Shown piece after piece: positions 18,411-28,788 of a stretch of 64,000 nucleotides of DNA. Location: positions 1-64,000 of the forward strand of contig JALXBF010000039.1 of NCBI GenBank assembly GCA_026991575.1, read 5' to 3'. The position numbers were made by a program, and so were the translations under genes. Origin of the DNA: Planctomycetota bacterium. GTDB taxonomy: Bacteria > Planctomycetota > Planctomycetia > JALXBF01. The notes under the pieces were generated by a model. That model was given only the letters and a program-made list of their open reading frames with translations. It searched no databases and was not told where the DNA came from. Numbering within the stretch: position 1 is the stretch's first letter; each line of letters starts with the position of its first letter.

Positions 18411-18582
18411 GCCCGCCAGCACCGGGATGCGTTTCAGCTCTTGCAGCGTGTCCGTCGGAACATGCCGTGGACTCAGGGCGCGCGCAGCTGGGCTCCCTGG
18501 CAACGGGCACACAGGCCGGTCGAGACGATAGCATGCACCACATCCGCTGCAAGAGCGGGATCACACGCCCGGACAGGCGGGC
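18411..18582. repeat. 38-bp imperfect inverted repeat enclosing 96 nt
   Basis: Perfect 12-bp core GCTCTTGCAGCG (18437-18448) / CGCTGCAAGAGC (18545-18556). Outer pairs are GCCCGCC/GGCGGGC and CCGGG/CCCGG. Confidence 0.75.
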
Positions 18583-18844
18583 TTGGGACCGCTTCAGGCG
18601 ATCGGACGAACCGAACACCTGCACAGGCTAACGCGATGCAACATCGCCGCGGCGGGACGGGTATCATCATCGCGTGCGCTACCGGACTGTCGTCTCCGAG
18701 CCCCATGCTGTCGCTGATGCTCAGCCGAACATCGGGCCGCACACGCGAATAGTCCCGTAAATGCTCAGTGTGGACACATCGCATGCGTTTGGCTTGCCCG
18801 GCCCTTGTGTCCGTGCATCTCTTCACAACCTCGCATTCACGGAC

Positions 18845-18885
18845 AGAATCCGAGGGCCATGTGATGGAGCATGGCCCCGGATTCT
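18845..18885. repeat. 16-bp hairpin with a single bulge
   Basis: AGAATCCG-A-GGGCCATG, 8-nt loop, CATGGCCC-CGGATTCT. Confidence 0.75.
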
Positions 18886-19314
18886 TTGCCCAGAGAACTG
18901 TGGAAGAAGCCACCACCTCCAAGCGCAAGGGTGGTGGGCCGGGGCGCCGGGCGTGGCGGAAGCGTGCGAAAAAGCTCGAGGGATCGGTCGCGGAGCAGAT
19001 GGTGAATGTCGGGCATCCGGGGATCGAGAACCAAAAACTAGCCCGTCTAGGTAGCAATCCGGAAGCGCAGCTGAAGAGGCAAACTAGCTCGCCGATGCCC
19101 AGAACCCGGTCTAGCGACCCAGCAGGTCGATCCTGTTCGCCATACTCACGGATTGCCTTCTTGCAACGCATCGGCCAGGCCTTGATGGCCTGCAGTGCCG
19201 CCAGTCCCCTCGCCATCCATGTGCTGCCACCGAGCTCACCGCCGTCTGGCAGCCGCCCCCCGCTGGGCAGTCACTGTCTAGCAGACCGGTTGGTACCGTC
19301 GGCACGCTGTCGGA

Positions 19315-19995
19315 CTATTCTTCCGCGTAACCAACAACGATTAGTCGCAGCACCAGCTGCTTGCCGCCGCTGCCTCGGGCCTTAACGGTCATGATCGCAT
19401 ACTCATGCCCCTCGTCCCACACCATCTCGGGCAGTTTCCCGGGCTTCTCAGGCGGAGTCATCAGGTATAGAATCGCCGGATGATCCGACATCGCCGCGTT
19501 CTTGCTGAGTTCCATCATCTCCTCTGGATCCATCCTGTCCGGCTTCGTGTCCTCGTCGGCCAGTTGCAGCGTCAGGAAATCGCGTGTCTCCGACGTGCCC
19601 AGATGGTTGCCGTCCTCGAGCTGCAGGCAGTAGCGCAGCGTGTATACGCCCGGATCGATGATTTGCTGGCGGAAGTCCTCAAAATCACTCCCCTTCGGTA
19701 CTCGGAGCGCACCGATCAAGTCTCCCGATTGAAACGGGTACTTGATGTTTAGCGTCGGCTTGAAGCCTTCGGCAACCGGCAGCTGCTTGCGGAACCAGAT
19801 CTCACACCAGGGATTGCCATCCGCGTCTGTGACGCGGTACATGGTATCGGACAGCTCCTTGCGAATCGCTGCGGACAGTTCGCTCGGTGGCTCTTGCTGG
19901 ACGACCTCAACCTTGTACGGAGGGTTTGGTTCAACCAGGGCGGGGAAACTTAGCAGAACGGCAGCCAGAAGGGTGCTGAAGGAGGCAAGCTTCAT
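19315..19995 (-). CDS. Conserved hypothetical exported protein
   Basis: Signal peptide, DFRQQ..PGVYTLRY..QLEDGNHLG...RDF, and clean coding bias. Confidence 0.8.
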   Translation of the reverse strand: MKLASFSTLLAAVLLSFPALVEPNPPYKVEVVQQEPPSELSAAIRKELSDTMYRVTDADGNPWCEIWFRKQLPVAEGFKPTLNIKYPFQSGDLIGALRVPKGSDFEDFRQQIIDPGVYTLRYCLQLEDGNHLGTSETRDFLTLQLADEDTKPDRMDPEEMMELSKNAAMSDHPAILYLMTPPEKPGKLPEMVWDEGHEYAIMTVKARGSGGKQLVLRLIVVGYAEE

Positions 19996-20054
19996 CGCAC
20001 GCTCCCAACAGATGCAGGCGTCACAGGTGTCGGATCATGGTGGGTCGGACCGGC

Positions 20055-20133
20055 GGGCAGGAACCGGGCGCGCGAAGTGTGCCGCCACCTAAGCGGACCC
20101 GGTGGCAAACCCTCCGCGCGCCCGCTCCTGCCC
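20055..20133. repeat. Long imperfect intergenic hairpin
   Basis: Nested stems GGGCAGGA/TCCTGCCC, CGGGCGCGCG/CGCGCGCCCG and GCCACC/GGTGGC. Confidence 0.7.
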
Positions 20134-20167
20134 CAGTCGGTGGGCGGATTGCGCGGCGGCGGCCGCG

Positions 20168-20836
20168 TTAGTCGGTCACGTAGAAGGTTCCGATAAACGC
20201 GCTGCGCTTCTCAGGGCTCGACCAGGTTGTCTTCAGCCCCTTACCGCGGAACGTATGCCGCGTGGCCACCACGGCCTGGAAGCCGGGATTTAGCTGTACC
20301 AGCGGCTCGTAGTAGACGTACTCGTTGACGCACGTGCTGTCAGCAGCCGTGGCGGGCCGGGTCCGAAGCTCAACGTCCTTGCCGGCCCTCAGCACAACGC
20401 GGCCTTCACCGAGCTGGCGGAATTCGATCTCCGCAGGCTGCACCCGGACGACGTTCTCCAGCAGCTTACCGGCCATACGGCGAGCGAACCGAACCAGGGC
20501 GTCGCGCTGGGCTTTCGTGGCGCGAGCGTCCACGTAGACGACGCTGTAGGCCGGATACGGGTTGCGGAATGGCGTACCCAGGGTCGCCTGAGCTTCCACG
20601 GCTGCAACGATCTTTAGTCCCGCAAGATCTACGCCATCGAGTTTGCCCTCGGTAATGTGCCAGGCTAGTACCGCCTGGCTCCCGGCCAAGTTCACTTCCG
20701 ACTCAGCAAAGCACGGTCCGACATAAACGTCGCAGGTGCGAGCCTCAATGTAGCGGCCGGAAATCTGCGCATGAGCCACCGACGAGAGCAACACCGCTGC
20801 GAGAAACGCGCCAAAAGCACCAATCACGCCGCGCAT
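20168..20836 (-). CDS. DUF1326-like exported protein
   Basis: Signal peptide, GRYIEARTCDVYVGPCFAESE, AWHI..G..DGVDL.GL and VYVDARA...QRDAL. Confidence 0.75.
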   Translation of the reverse strand: MRGVIGAFGAFLAAVLLSSVAHAQISGRYIEARTCDVYVGPCFAESEVNLAGSQAVLAWHITEGKLDGVDLAGLKIVAAVEAQATLGTPFRNPYPAYSVVYVDARATKAQRDALVRFARRMAGKLLENVVRVQPAEIEFRQLGEGRVVLRAGKDVELRTRPATAADSTCVNEYVYYEPLVQLNPGFQAVVATRHTFRGKGLKTTWSSPEKRSAFIGTFYVTD

Positions 20837-20901
20837 CTGTGATTCTCCTCCGCTAAGAGCACTGCCCGTTGCCCGAGCGGCGGTCACCGCCGCGACCGAC
20901 T

Positions 20902-21255
20902 CTAGACGCCAAAAGAGCTACCGCAGCCACACGTCCGGCGGGCATTCGGGTTGTTGAACACGAAGCCGCGGCGATCGAGACCTTCGTAGAAGTCGAGTTC
21001 GGTGCCTTTCAGATACATCAAGCTCCGCTTGTCGACCACGAGCCGGATGCCGTGCTGCTCGAACAGCTCGTCGGTCTCCGGGTCGTAGCGGTCATCGAAC
21101 CGCAGGTCGTACTGAAAGCCGCTGCAGCCGCCTCCCTGAATCCCCATGCGAAGTACGACGTTCTCGGGCAGGCTGTCCTTCTGCTCGTCCATGATACGCT
21201 TCACTTCTTTGGCGGCTCGTTCGGTGAGGGTGATGGCTAGGTGAGTCGTGGACAT
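20902..21255 (-). CDS. iscA: HesB/IscA family Fe-S cluster assembly protein
   Basis: GGGCSGFQY and NPNA..TCGCGSSF motifs. Confidence 0.95.
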   Translation of the reverse strand: MSTTHLAITLTERAAKEVKRIMDEQKDSLPENVVLRMGIQGGGCSGFQYDLRFDDRYDPETDELFEQHGIRLVVDKRSLMYLKGTELDFYEGLDRRGFVFNNPNARRTCGCGSSFGV

Positions 21256-21361
21256 TGCTGGCTCTCCTGTCAGTCGCGCCCGTGACAAACCGCCACTGTT
21301 CACACCAACTAAGTATATCGATTGCCGTTGATCTGAGCGAGCCGCCCGGCCAGCAGCCTGC

Positions 21362-22543
21362 TCAATCCGAGCGGCTCTTCCAGATGGCGCTCATCTCGCG
21401 CAGCTTCCGCACAGCCGCCACCACGCGCTCGGCCACAAAATCGACCTCTTCCTCCGTATTCGGCCTACCCAGCCCGAAGCGCAGGCTCGCCCGGGCCAGC
21501 TCCTCGCTGCGGCCGATCGCCTCAAGCACGTGGCTCGGATGCGGCGTAGCCGACGTGCAGGCCGAACCGGAGCTCAATGCCACCTCCGGCAGACTCATCA
21601 GTAGCGCCTCGCCATCGACGTAGGCAAAGCTCAGGTTAAGGTTGCCCGGCAGCCGCCGTTGCGGATGCCCGTTCAGGTAGACGTCTTCCAGGGCAGTGAG
21701 GATTCGCTCCTGGAGCCGATCCCGTAGCCGGGCCAGTCGGTTCATCTCCGCTTCCAATAGCTCGCCGGCAAGCTGACAGGCAGCCCCGAAACCGACGATC
21801 AGCGGCACGGGCAACGTTCCGCTACGTAGCCCACGTTCGTGACCGCCGCCATCCAGCAGCGGCGCGAGCCGCACCGGCGGGCGGCCCCGCCGGACGTACA
21901 ACGCTCCTACCCCCTTCGGGCCATACAGCTTGTGCGCCGAACAGCTGAGCAGATCCACTGACCAGTCGCGAACGTTGACCGGAATGTGGCCCACCGCCTG
22001 TGTTGCATCCGTGTGGAACAGCACGCCATGCTCGCGAGCAATTGCCCCGATCTCGGCAACATAGTGAATCGTGCCGATTTCGTTGTTGGCCGCCATGATC
22101 GAAATCAGCACCGTGTCCGGTCGAATCGCGCGGCGCACGTCGTCCGGATCGACCAGGCCATAGCGGTCCACCGGCAGGACCGTCAGCTGCCACCCCTCAC
22201 GCTCCAGCCGCCGACACGGGTCAAGCACGGCATGATGCTCGGTGGCAGACGTGATGATGTGGCGACCTCGGGACGCGTGCATCCACGCAACCCCTTTGAT
22301 CGCCAGGTTATTCGCCTCCGTAGCCCCGGACGTGAAGACAATCTCCCGTGGCTCTGCCCCGATCAACGCCGCGACCTGGCCGCGGGCTCGCTCCACCGCC
22401 TCCGCCGCCCGGCGACCGAACTCATGTGTGACGCTGGCGGCATTGCCGAATTCGTCACAGAAATACGGCAGCATCGCCTCCAGCACGCGGCGGTCTACCG
22501 GCGTCGTGGCGTGATGGTCCATGTAGATCGGCAGCTTCACCAT
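21362..22543 (-). CDS. iscS: Cysteine desulfurase (group I)
   Basis: [28 protein letters not shown] and SSGSACTS motifs. Confidence 0.95.
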   Translation of the reverse strand: MVKLPIYMDHHATTPVDRRVLEAMLPYFCDEFGNAASVTHEFGRRAAEAVERARGQVAALIGAEPREIVFTSGATEANNLAIKGVAWMHASRGRHIITSATEHHAVLDPCRRLEREGWQLTVLPVDRYGLVDPDDVRRAIRPDTVLISIMAANNEIGTIHYVAEIGAIAREHGVLFHTDATQAVGHIPVNVRDWSVDLLSCSAHKLYGPKGVGALYVRRGRPPVRLAPLLDGGGHERGLRSGTLPVPLIVGFGAACQLAGELLEAEMNRLARLRDRLQERILTALEDVYLNGHPQRRLPGNLNLSFAYVDGEALLMSLPEVALSSGSACTSATPHPSHVLEAIGRSEELARASLRFGLGRPNTEEEVDFVAERVVAAVRKLREMSAIWKSRSD

Positions 22544-22693
22544 GGCCGTCTGCTCCGGGGACAACGTCCCGTTCTGTTCATTGTCCGGCCCGGACTTGAC
22601 AGAAACAATCACCGCGCGATCCCATGGCCGACCACGGTAGCTTGCCGGGACGTCAACGCTTGCTTAACGCTGGCCGGCGGCCCCTCAACGAAG

Positions 22694-23536
22694 CTACCGC
22701 TGGGCGTCTGCGGTCCGGCCCATCGAAGCTAGACCCAACACGCGGCGTAACGACGTGATAGCCACCTCGGCAACCTGACGAGCATCCATCTGCCACAAGA
22801 CCGGGTTGAACAGCTCGACCGACACAGGCCCCTCGTAGCCGATTGCCCGCAACCGCTCAACGATCGGCCCGACGTCCCAGTCACCCTCACCGGGTAAGAT
22901 CCGGTCCGAATCGCGTGCCACCTCACGCAACAGACCCGCGACGTCGCAAAGCTGCACGTGGAAGAGGTTCTGCACCGTGAGCAACTCAAGGTCCGCCAGC
23001 TTGCTCGGACCGGTGTAGAAGTGGAATACATCCAGGCAGACGCCAACGTTGTCGGTTCCGAGTTCCTCCACCAGCTGGACGGCCGTCTCCAAGTTGTTGC
23101 CAAACGCTCCGCGTCCCTGAAACTCCAGAGCCAGCCGCACTCCGTACTCTGCCGCCCGCTCGGCCGCCTGTCGCAACCGGTCCATCGCCCGGGCCAGCTG
23201 CTGAGCGTCGAGCGCGCGGCCGAAGTCCAGGGGGACGACCAGGGTGCGCACGCCCAGGGCGCGGAGCAGCGGCAAGCGACGCTCCAGCAGTTTCATCGAC
23301 TCCTGTGCCACGGCGGGCACCTCGTTGACCAGGCCACCCTGTGGCGCAGCGACCGGAAAGAAAAGCTGTAGATCTGCCACCTGCTGCTTGATGTGATCCA
23401 GGTCGTGCTCCTTGAGCTGCTCCTCCAGCTTCGGCAACCACAGTTCCACATGCCAGCAGCCGGCCTGGGCATAGGCCGCCAGATCATCCAGGAACGACGT
23501 GCTCAACGTCACCGCTTGACTGACACACGGAATCAT
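22694..23536 (-). CDS. Sugar phosphate isomerase/epimerase (xylose isomerase-like TIM barrel)
   Basis: LALEF, CLDVFH, HVQLCD, RILPGEG and SVELF motifs. Confidence 0.88.
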   Translation of the reverse strand: MIPCVSQAVTLSTSFLDDLAAYAQAGCWHVELWLPKLEEQLKEHDLDHIKQQVADLQLFFPVAAPQGGLVNEVPAVAQESMKLLERRLPLLRALGVRTLVVPLDFGRALDAQQLARAMDRLRQAAERAAEYGVRLALEFQGRGAFGNNLETAVQLVEELGTDNVGVCLDVFHFYTGPSKLADLELLTVQNLFHVQLCDVAGLLREVARDSDRILPGEGDWDVGPIVERLRAIGYEGPVSVELFNPVLWQMDARQVAEVAITSLRRVLGLASMGRTADAQR

Positions 23537-23757
23537 GGCGGCCTCTACCGTTGCAGACCCGCGCCACACCCGGCTGCTTCAACGGATTGTAGGACGCCAG
23601 CTGCTGGCCAGCGCGGCGTGCGTGCATCGAAAGGCAACGAGGAACGACGCCAGGCTTCGCGGGCTCTGCGCGGTAGCCGGTGCCCGCCACAGAGTGCGTG
23701 GCACGATGGTGTAGGCCCGAGAGCTACGGCGACAGTGCGGCGCGTTCGCAACGCTTC

Positions 23758-24465
23758 TCAGGCGGCCTGGCGTAGCGGTGGTGACCAGTGGCTCTGTTCG
23801 GTCGGTTCGGGCTCCACACGGCCTGCCATCGGCTTGCAGGCCACACCAACGGTGAGGATGAACGGGGCCAGACCTAGCTTGGCCTCTTGCCACACGTCAA
23901 CGAAACCGGCACGGGCAAAGAGTTCGCGGAATCGTCGGGCGGAGGCGTGCTTGACCGGCCCCTCCACGGTCACGACGCAGAAGTCGTAGATGAACCGGCC
24001 CCAGAGGCCGTCGCGGTAGCCGTCGATGATCATCAGCCGGCCTGCCGGCTTCAGTACCCGGTACATCTCCTCCACGGCTCGCTCCTGGTTCGGGAAGTGG
24101 TGGAAGCAGTTCGAGCAGGTCACGACATCGAAGGTGTTATCTCGGAACGGAATCGCCTCACCATCGGCCTGGACGACGTGAGCCGAGCCGTTGAAACGGC
24201 GGAGCCGACTAGCCCCCTGCCGGACCATGCCCCCGCAGAGATCAAGTCCCCAGACCTGGGCGGCACGGCCCTCGCACAGCAGCCGCTCCAGGAACTGGCC
24301 AGTGCCACAGCCCACATCCAGTACGCGTACCGGTTGAGCAACTGGCAACTCCTGAGCCAGGCGCGCGTGGGAGGGGCCGAAGAGAAGCCGCTGTAGGATG
24401 CTCCGATCGTAGCCCCGGCTCCAGTTCTCGAACTGCTCCATGGCATCCTGTTTCTTGTAGCTCAT
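23758..24465 (-). CDS. Class I SAM-dependent methyltransferase (UbiE-like)
   Basis: VLDVGCGTG, FDVV, FHH and RVLKPAG motifs. GGAGG RBS. Confidence 0.9.
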   Translation of the reverse strand: MSYKKQDAMEQFENWSRGYDRSILQRLLFGPSHARLAQELPVAQPVRVLDVGCGTGQFLERLLCEGRAAQVWGLDLCGGMVRQGASRLRRFNGSAHVVQADGEAIPFRDNTFDVVTCSNCFHHFPNQERAVEEMYRVLKPAGRLMIIDGYRDGLWGRFIYDFCVVTVEGPVKHASARRFRELFARAGFVDVWQEAKLGLAPFILTVGVACKPMAGRVEPEPTEQSHWSPPLRQAA

Positions 24466-24792
24466 CTGTCCTCCCGGACGTTGTTTTCCCGTGCCCGCGT
24501 CGAGCAAGTACCGTGCCGCCGGCCATCCGTACCCGCCAATCCCCCTGGCGCAGCCGATTCGGCCGTGTGCCCGCTCCCTTGGCCCCCGGTGTGGCCGCGT
24601 CTGACGGGGCCATCCTTACCGTTACCATCGGCAAAGATTGCGAATCCTTGCAAAATTTTCACGGTCCCGCCGCTCTTCGCCCTACCACCGCCCACCCCGA
24701 CGTTCTCGCCGGAGGTACCCACCAACCCGCCGCACGGGTCCGGCCACGTAAAGAGACGCAGCAGCGACGGCGGTGGGCGCTAGAATCGGTCG

Positions 24793-25695
24793 ATGGCAAC
24801 CGCATGGCAAGAAAAGCTGCTTGTGTTCTGTTTCTCACTGGCGGCGCTGACGGCAGCCGCTTCCGGCTGGCGTGTGTTCCGGCTGTGGCCGCTTCTCAGG
24901 CAGACCACGCTGGCGCCTGCGCTGTGGTGGTTGGGCCTGCTGCTGGCGCTGGCCTTTGCCGAAGCAGCCAGCTACGCGATCGGTCCGCATCTGGTCGTGC
25001 ACCACAGTCTGGCGATCCTAACTGCGATCGGCTTCGTGCTGCCAACGATCTACGTGCTCTGTACGCGCAGGCCGCGCCTACTGGCTAGCCACGCCTTGGT
25101 GGCACTGTTCCTGCTGATCACGTCCAACGACCTGTGGCTGCAGCTTTACACCGGGCAGTTCGGGGTCGAAGGAAGGCCGGCGCTGCATCAGGTGCGGTTC
25201 CTGTACCTGTGTCTGTTCACGGCGCTGGTAGCCGGCAATTACGTGTTGTCGCGGCTGAGGGTGGCCATTTTCGCCGCAACGCTTGGCGCCTTTGCCCATC
25301 TGCTCTCCGTGGGCCCGTGGCCGAAGCCATGGGAACCGTGGGCCCGAGCGATCGGGCTGTTGCTCATCGTGGCCGCCCCCCTTTTTCCCGTGCGGCTGGC
25401 CCCGGTGCCAGATCGCATTCGGTGCATCGTACGCTGTTTCGTTGACCTATGGGGTGTGGTCTGGTGGGAGCATGTGCGGGAACGGTTCAACGACGCTGCC
25501 AGGCGGCGGCGCTGGCCGGTGCGACTAACGTTGTCCGGTCTGGTCGATGCCGACAGCGAACAGCCGGTGGCTGGGAACCGAGTGGATCGTGCAGTCGAAG
25601 AGGAACTGCTGAGGCTGCTGGAGAGGTTCGCGCCCCGCGAGTTCTTCACCACCGCGTGTGCATCGGCCAGCCGTGGCCACCCATCCGATGGGTAG
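24793..25695 (+). CDS. Hypothetical membrane protein
   Basis: About 7 hydrophobic segments. Fills the gap between divergent and convergent neighbours. Confidence 0.7.
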   Translation: MATAWQEKLLVFCFSLAALTAAASGWRVFRLWPLLRQTTLAPALWWLGLLLALAFAEAASYAIGPHLVVHHSLAILTAIGFVLPTIYVLCTRRPRLLASHALVALFLLITSNDLWLQLYTGQFGVEGRPALHQVRFLYLCLFTALVAGNYVLSRLRVAIFAATLGAFAHLLSVGPWPKPWEPWARAIGLLLIVAAPLFPVRLAPVPDRIRCIVRCFVDLWGVVWWEHVRERFNDAARRRRWPVRLTLSGLVDADSEQPVAGNRVDRAVEEELLRLLERFAPREFFTTACASASRGHPSDG

Positions 25696-25770
25696 CGCCC
25701 TGCGTCGGCCGCCACGATCGGGTACAGCCCCCGCCAGGGGAAAGGCACAAGAAGCGGCGGCGCGGCATCG

Positions 25771-26775
25771 CTACTGGCTACGGTGCTGCTGGGTCTGGAC
25801 CATCTGGTCCACGATGTTAAGCACGTAGGGAATCGCCTGTTCGATCGGCATCTCCAGTACCGCGCCAGCCGCACGGCGGTGGCCGCCACCACCGAAGCGG
25901 CCTGCAAGCACCGTGCTGTCAATGTCGTCCTTGGATCGGAAGCTGACCTTGGTCCGGTCGCGATCCAGTTCGATGAATAGCAACCCGACACGCGCTTCGG
26001 CAATGGTCAACGTGTAGTTGACCACGTCCTCGGTATCCTGTGACAGGGCGCCTGTTTCCTGCAGGTCGCGCATCCTGATGTAGGTGTAGGAGACTGCCCC
26101 ACCTGGGCTGATTTGCAGCCGCTCCAGGGCCCGGCCCATGAGATGAAGGCGTGCGAGGCTGTTTTCCTCGAAGACCCGCCTGTAGACGTATTCCGGTCGG
26201 GCACCAGCGTCCACCAGCTCCGCAGCGACGTAGAGCACGCGGGCGGATGTGCTGGAAAAGCGGAACCAGCCGGTATCGGTTGCTACGGCCGTGAAGAGTG
26301 CTTCGGCAATGGGCTGGGTCAACCGGCAGCCGAGCACCTGGAGGGCCTCCAGCACGAGGATCCCGCAGGCAGGCACGGATGTGTCCTTCAGCATCAGCGC
26401 GTTCAGATCGTCCTCACTGACGTGGTGATCGATGACAACCCGCTTTGCGGTACTACGCTCGACCAGGGGACGGACCGGACCGAGTTGATCCCAGGTGCTG
26501 GTGTCGACGACGATCACGACGTCGGCTTGCATCACGAGCGGTTCAGCGCGGGGATCGGCCGCTTCGATGATGCATTCGTCCGGATCGAGGAACTGGTACC
26601 GCTGCGGCGCCGGGCTAGGATTGACGATGGCTGCGTCCTTGCCTAGCTCGCGCAGGGCATGACTGAGCGCCACGGCACAGCCCAGCGAGTCGCCGTCCGG
26701 CCGGACGTGGCTGGTGACCACGAAGCGTTGGTTGCTCTCTACAGTTTCGGTCCAGCGCTGCCAATCCACCGCCAT
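25771..26775 (-). CDS. nrnA: DHH-DHHA1 bifunctional oligoribonuclease/PAP phosphatase
   Basis: HVRPDGD, VVD, IDHH, TDTGWF, SFRS and GGGGHRRAAG motifs. Confidence 0.93.
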   Translation of the reverse strand: MAVDWQRWTETVESNQRFVVTSHVRPDGDSLGCAVALSHALRELGKDAAIVNPSPAPQRYQFLDPDECIIEAADPRAEPLVMQADVVIVVDTSTWDQLGPVRPLVERSTAKRVVIDHHVSEDDLNALMLKDTSVPACGILVLEALQVLGCRLTQPIAEALFTAVATDTGWFRFSSTSARVLYVAAELVDAGARPEYVYRRVFEENSLARLHLMGRALERLQISPGGAVSYTYIRMRDLQETGALSQDTEDVVNYTLTIAEARVGLLFIELDRDRTKVSFRSKDDIDSTVLAGRFGGGGHRRAAGAVLEMPIEQAIPYVLNIVDQMVQTQQHRSQ

Positions 26776-26947
26776 GGGCTGCTCCTGTCGACCGGACAGC
26801 TGGTCAGCTGGCCGACCGGTCTGGAGGGGGTCGGCCCGATCGGACAGAGAATCAACCATTATGCGGCCCTGGGGCTTTCGTGAGAAGAGCCTGGTGAGCG
26901 GGCGCGGTCCGCTTGCTCCTGTAGCGAACACTCGCTCACGACCCCCG

Positions 26948-27925
26948 TCACGCCTCGCCCCGGTTCCCCTCGGCGATCGCTTTCGCTCGGGCCACGTCCT
27001 CTTGGAGCTGCCTGCGTAAGGCGTCTGGCCCGTCAAAGCGGACGACGTCGCGCAGCCTGGCCAGGAAAGTTATCTCGATCCGCTCCCCCAGCAGTTCGCC
27101 CTCGAAGTCGATCAGATGGGCTTCGACACGGGGGCTGAGTTCGGCAAACGTCGGGGCCGGGCCGATGTGCACGGCCGCGGCGTAGCTGCGGTCAGCGACG
27201 TGCGCCAGGCCGGCATACACCCCGTCGCCTGGCACAAGGGTCTCGATGAAGCCGACATTTGCGGTGGGGAAGCCGAGCTGACGGCCCCGGCCCGCCCCGG
27301 CGCAGACGAGGCCTGCAAGCCGGTACGGGCGGCCGAGCAGTTCGCGTGCTGCCGCGACATCGCCGGCCCGCAGCAGGGCCCGGATCCGTGAGCTTGAAAC
27401 AGGCTGACCGTCACGTACGACCGGTGGCACGATGGTCACCGCGACACCGCAGCGTTCACCGAGCTCGCGCAGCCGGTGCGCGTCTCCGCCGCGGTTCTTG
27501 CCGAACGTGAAATTCGGCCCCTCGACAATGCCTTTGATTGCCAGTTTCTCGCAGAGGACGCCGACGAAGAACTGCTCCGCAGTCAGTTCCAGCAGCTCGT
27601 GGTCGACGTGCACAGCCAGCACGAAGTCCGCGCCGGCGGCACGGAGCAGGTTGGCTCGAACCGGAATCGTGCTCAGCGGGGGGTAGGGTACCCGGGGGCG
27701 AAGCACGGCGGCAGGCGCCGGGTCGAAGGTGATGGCGACGGTGGCCACGGAAAGCCTGGCGGCTTCGGCCCGTGCGCAGCCGATGAGCTTCTGGTGACCC
27801 AGGTGCACGCCGTCGAAATTGCCGATCGACACCACCGCCCCGCGCAGTGCGGCCGGCAGGTCGTGGCGCAGCAGGTTCACCCGCCAGAAGGGCCGTTCTG
27901 CAAGTTCGGTCACGGAGGCGTTCAT
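26948..27925 (-). CDS. ribF: Bifunctional riboflavin kinase/FAD synthetase
   Basis: GNFDGVHLGH, VSSSRIR, GRQLGFPTAN and VEAHL motifs. Confidence 0.96.
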   Translation of the reverse strand: MNASVTELAERPFWRVNLLRHDLPAALRGAVVSIGNFDGVHLGHQKLIGCARAEAARLSVATVAITFDPAPAAVLRPRVPYPPLSTIPVRANLLRAAGADFVLAVHVDHELLELTAEQFFVGVLCEKLAIKGIVEGPNFTFGKNRGGDAHRLRELGERCGVAVTIVPPVVRDGQPVSSSRIRALLRAGDVAAARELLGRPYRLAGLVCAGAGRGRQLGFPTANVGFIETLVPGDGVYAGLAHVADRSYAAAVHIGPAPTFAELSPRVEAHLIDFEGELLGERIEITFLARLRDVVRFDGPDALRRQLQEDVARAKAIAEGNRGEA

Positions 27926-28788
27926 TCTGACCGGTTCAGTTCCTGGAGCGCGTCGGCGATGAACAGCAGCAGGTCGCTGGCGATCAAGGCCGTCTCGGTC
28001 AGCTCCAGCGCAGCGTGGTCGCCGGCCAGCCCGTGCACGTAGACAGCAGCCACCGCGGCATCGAACGCGTCACGGTACTGTGCCCAGAAGGCCACCATCA
28101 AGCCGCTGAGGACATCGCCGGTTCCGCCGGTGGCCATGCCGGGATTGCCGGTCGGGTTCACATACAGCCGCTGGCCGTCGGTCACCACCGTGCCATAGCC
28201 CTTCAGGACGACGATCGTCCCGGTGGCTTCTGCGAAGGCGCGGGCCAGCTCGGTCCGCTGGGCTTGGATCTCTGCGACACTGCGTCCGGTCAGTCTGGCG
28301 AATTCGCCCGGGTGGGGGGTGATGATCGTAGGCTGTTCCCGAGCGCGAAGCAGCTCAAGGTCGGTGCCGACAGCATTGAGGCCGTCCGCATCCAGCACCA
28401 GCGGCCGCCTAATACGGGGCAACATGGCGCGTACGGCAGGCCATGCTTCCTGGCCCAGCCCAGGACCGACGAGGACATAATCGTTGCTCTCTGCCAAGCG
28501 GAGCACCTCGGCAACCGCCTCGTCGCCGACCGCCCCCTGTTCGGTCTCCGGCAGTGGCCACGTCAGGTAGGAAGGCTCGTAGGCGGCGACGACTGGCCAG
28601 ATCTCGCGGGGGCATGCCACCCGGACCAGGCCTGCGCCGCCGCGCAGTGCCGCGGCACCAGATAGACAGGCAGCACCGGCCATGCCGCGGCTACCTGCCA
28701 CAATCAGGATGCGTCCGTAGTTGCCCTTGTGGCTGTCCGGCGCACGAGGCGACAGTCTCGGCACCCGAGTCACCTGCTTAACGGCCAT
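27922..28788 (-). CDS. nnrD: ADP-dependent NAD(P)H-hydrate dehydratase (standalone)
   Basis: HKG..G, GAGLV, GPGLG, DADGL, TPHPGE and GGTGDVL motifs. No N-terminal NnrE domain. Confidence 0.93.
   Translation of the reverse strand: MAVKQVTRVPRLSPRAPDSHKGNYGRILIVAGSRGMAGAACLSGAAALRGGAGLVRVACPREIWPVVAAYEPSYLTWPLPETEQGAVGDEAVAEVLRLAESNDYVLVGPGLGQEAWPAVRAMLPRIRRPLVLDADGLNAVGTDLELLRAREQPTIITPHPGEFARLTGRSVAEIQAQRTELARAFAEATGTIVVLKGYGTVVTDGQRLYVNPTGNPGMATGGTGDVLSGLMVAFWAQYRDAFDAAVAAVYVHGLAGDHAALELTETALIASDLLLFIADALQELNRSE

Noticed and set aside
19040..19075. SRP-like CCGGAAG..GCAGC
   Set aside because: Lacks the CAGG...GGAA...AGCAG helix-8 symmetry.
18473..19385. Overlapping 205-aa (+) and 247-aa (-) ORFs in the large gap
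   Set aside because: No recognisable motif or RBS, atypical composition, and no transposase signature.
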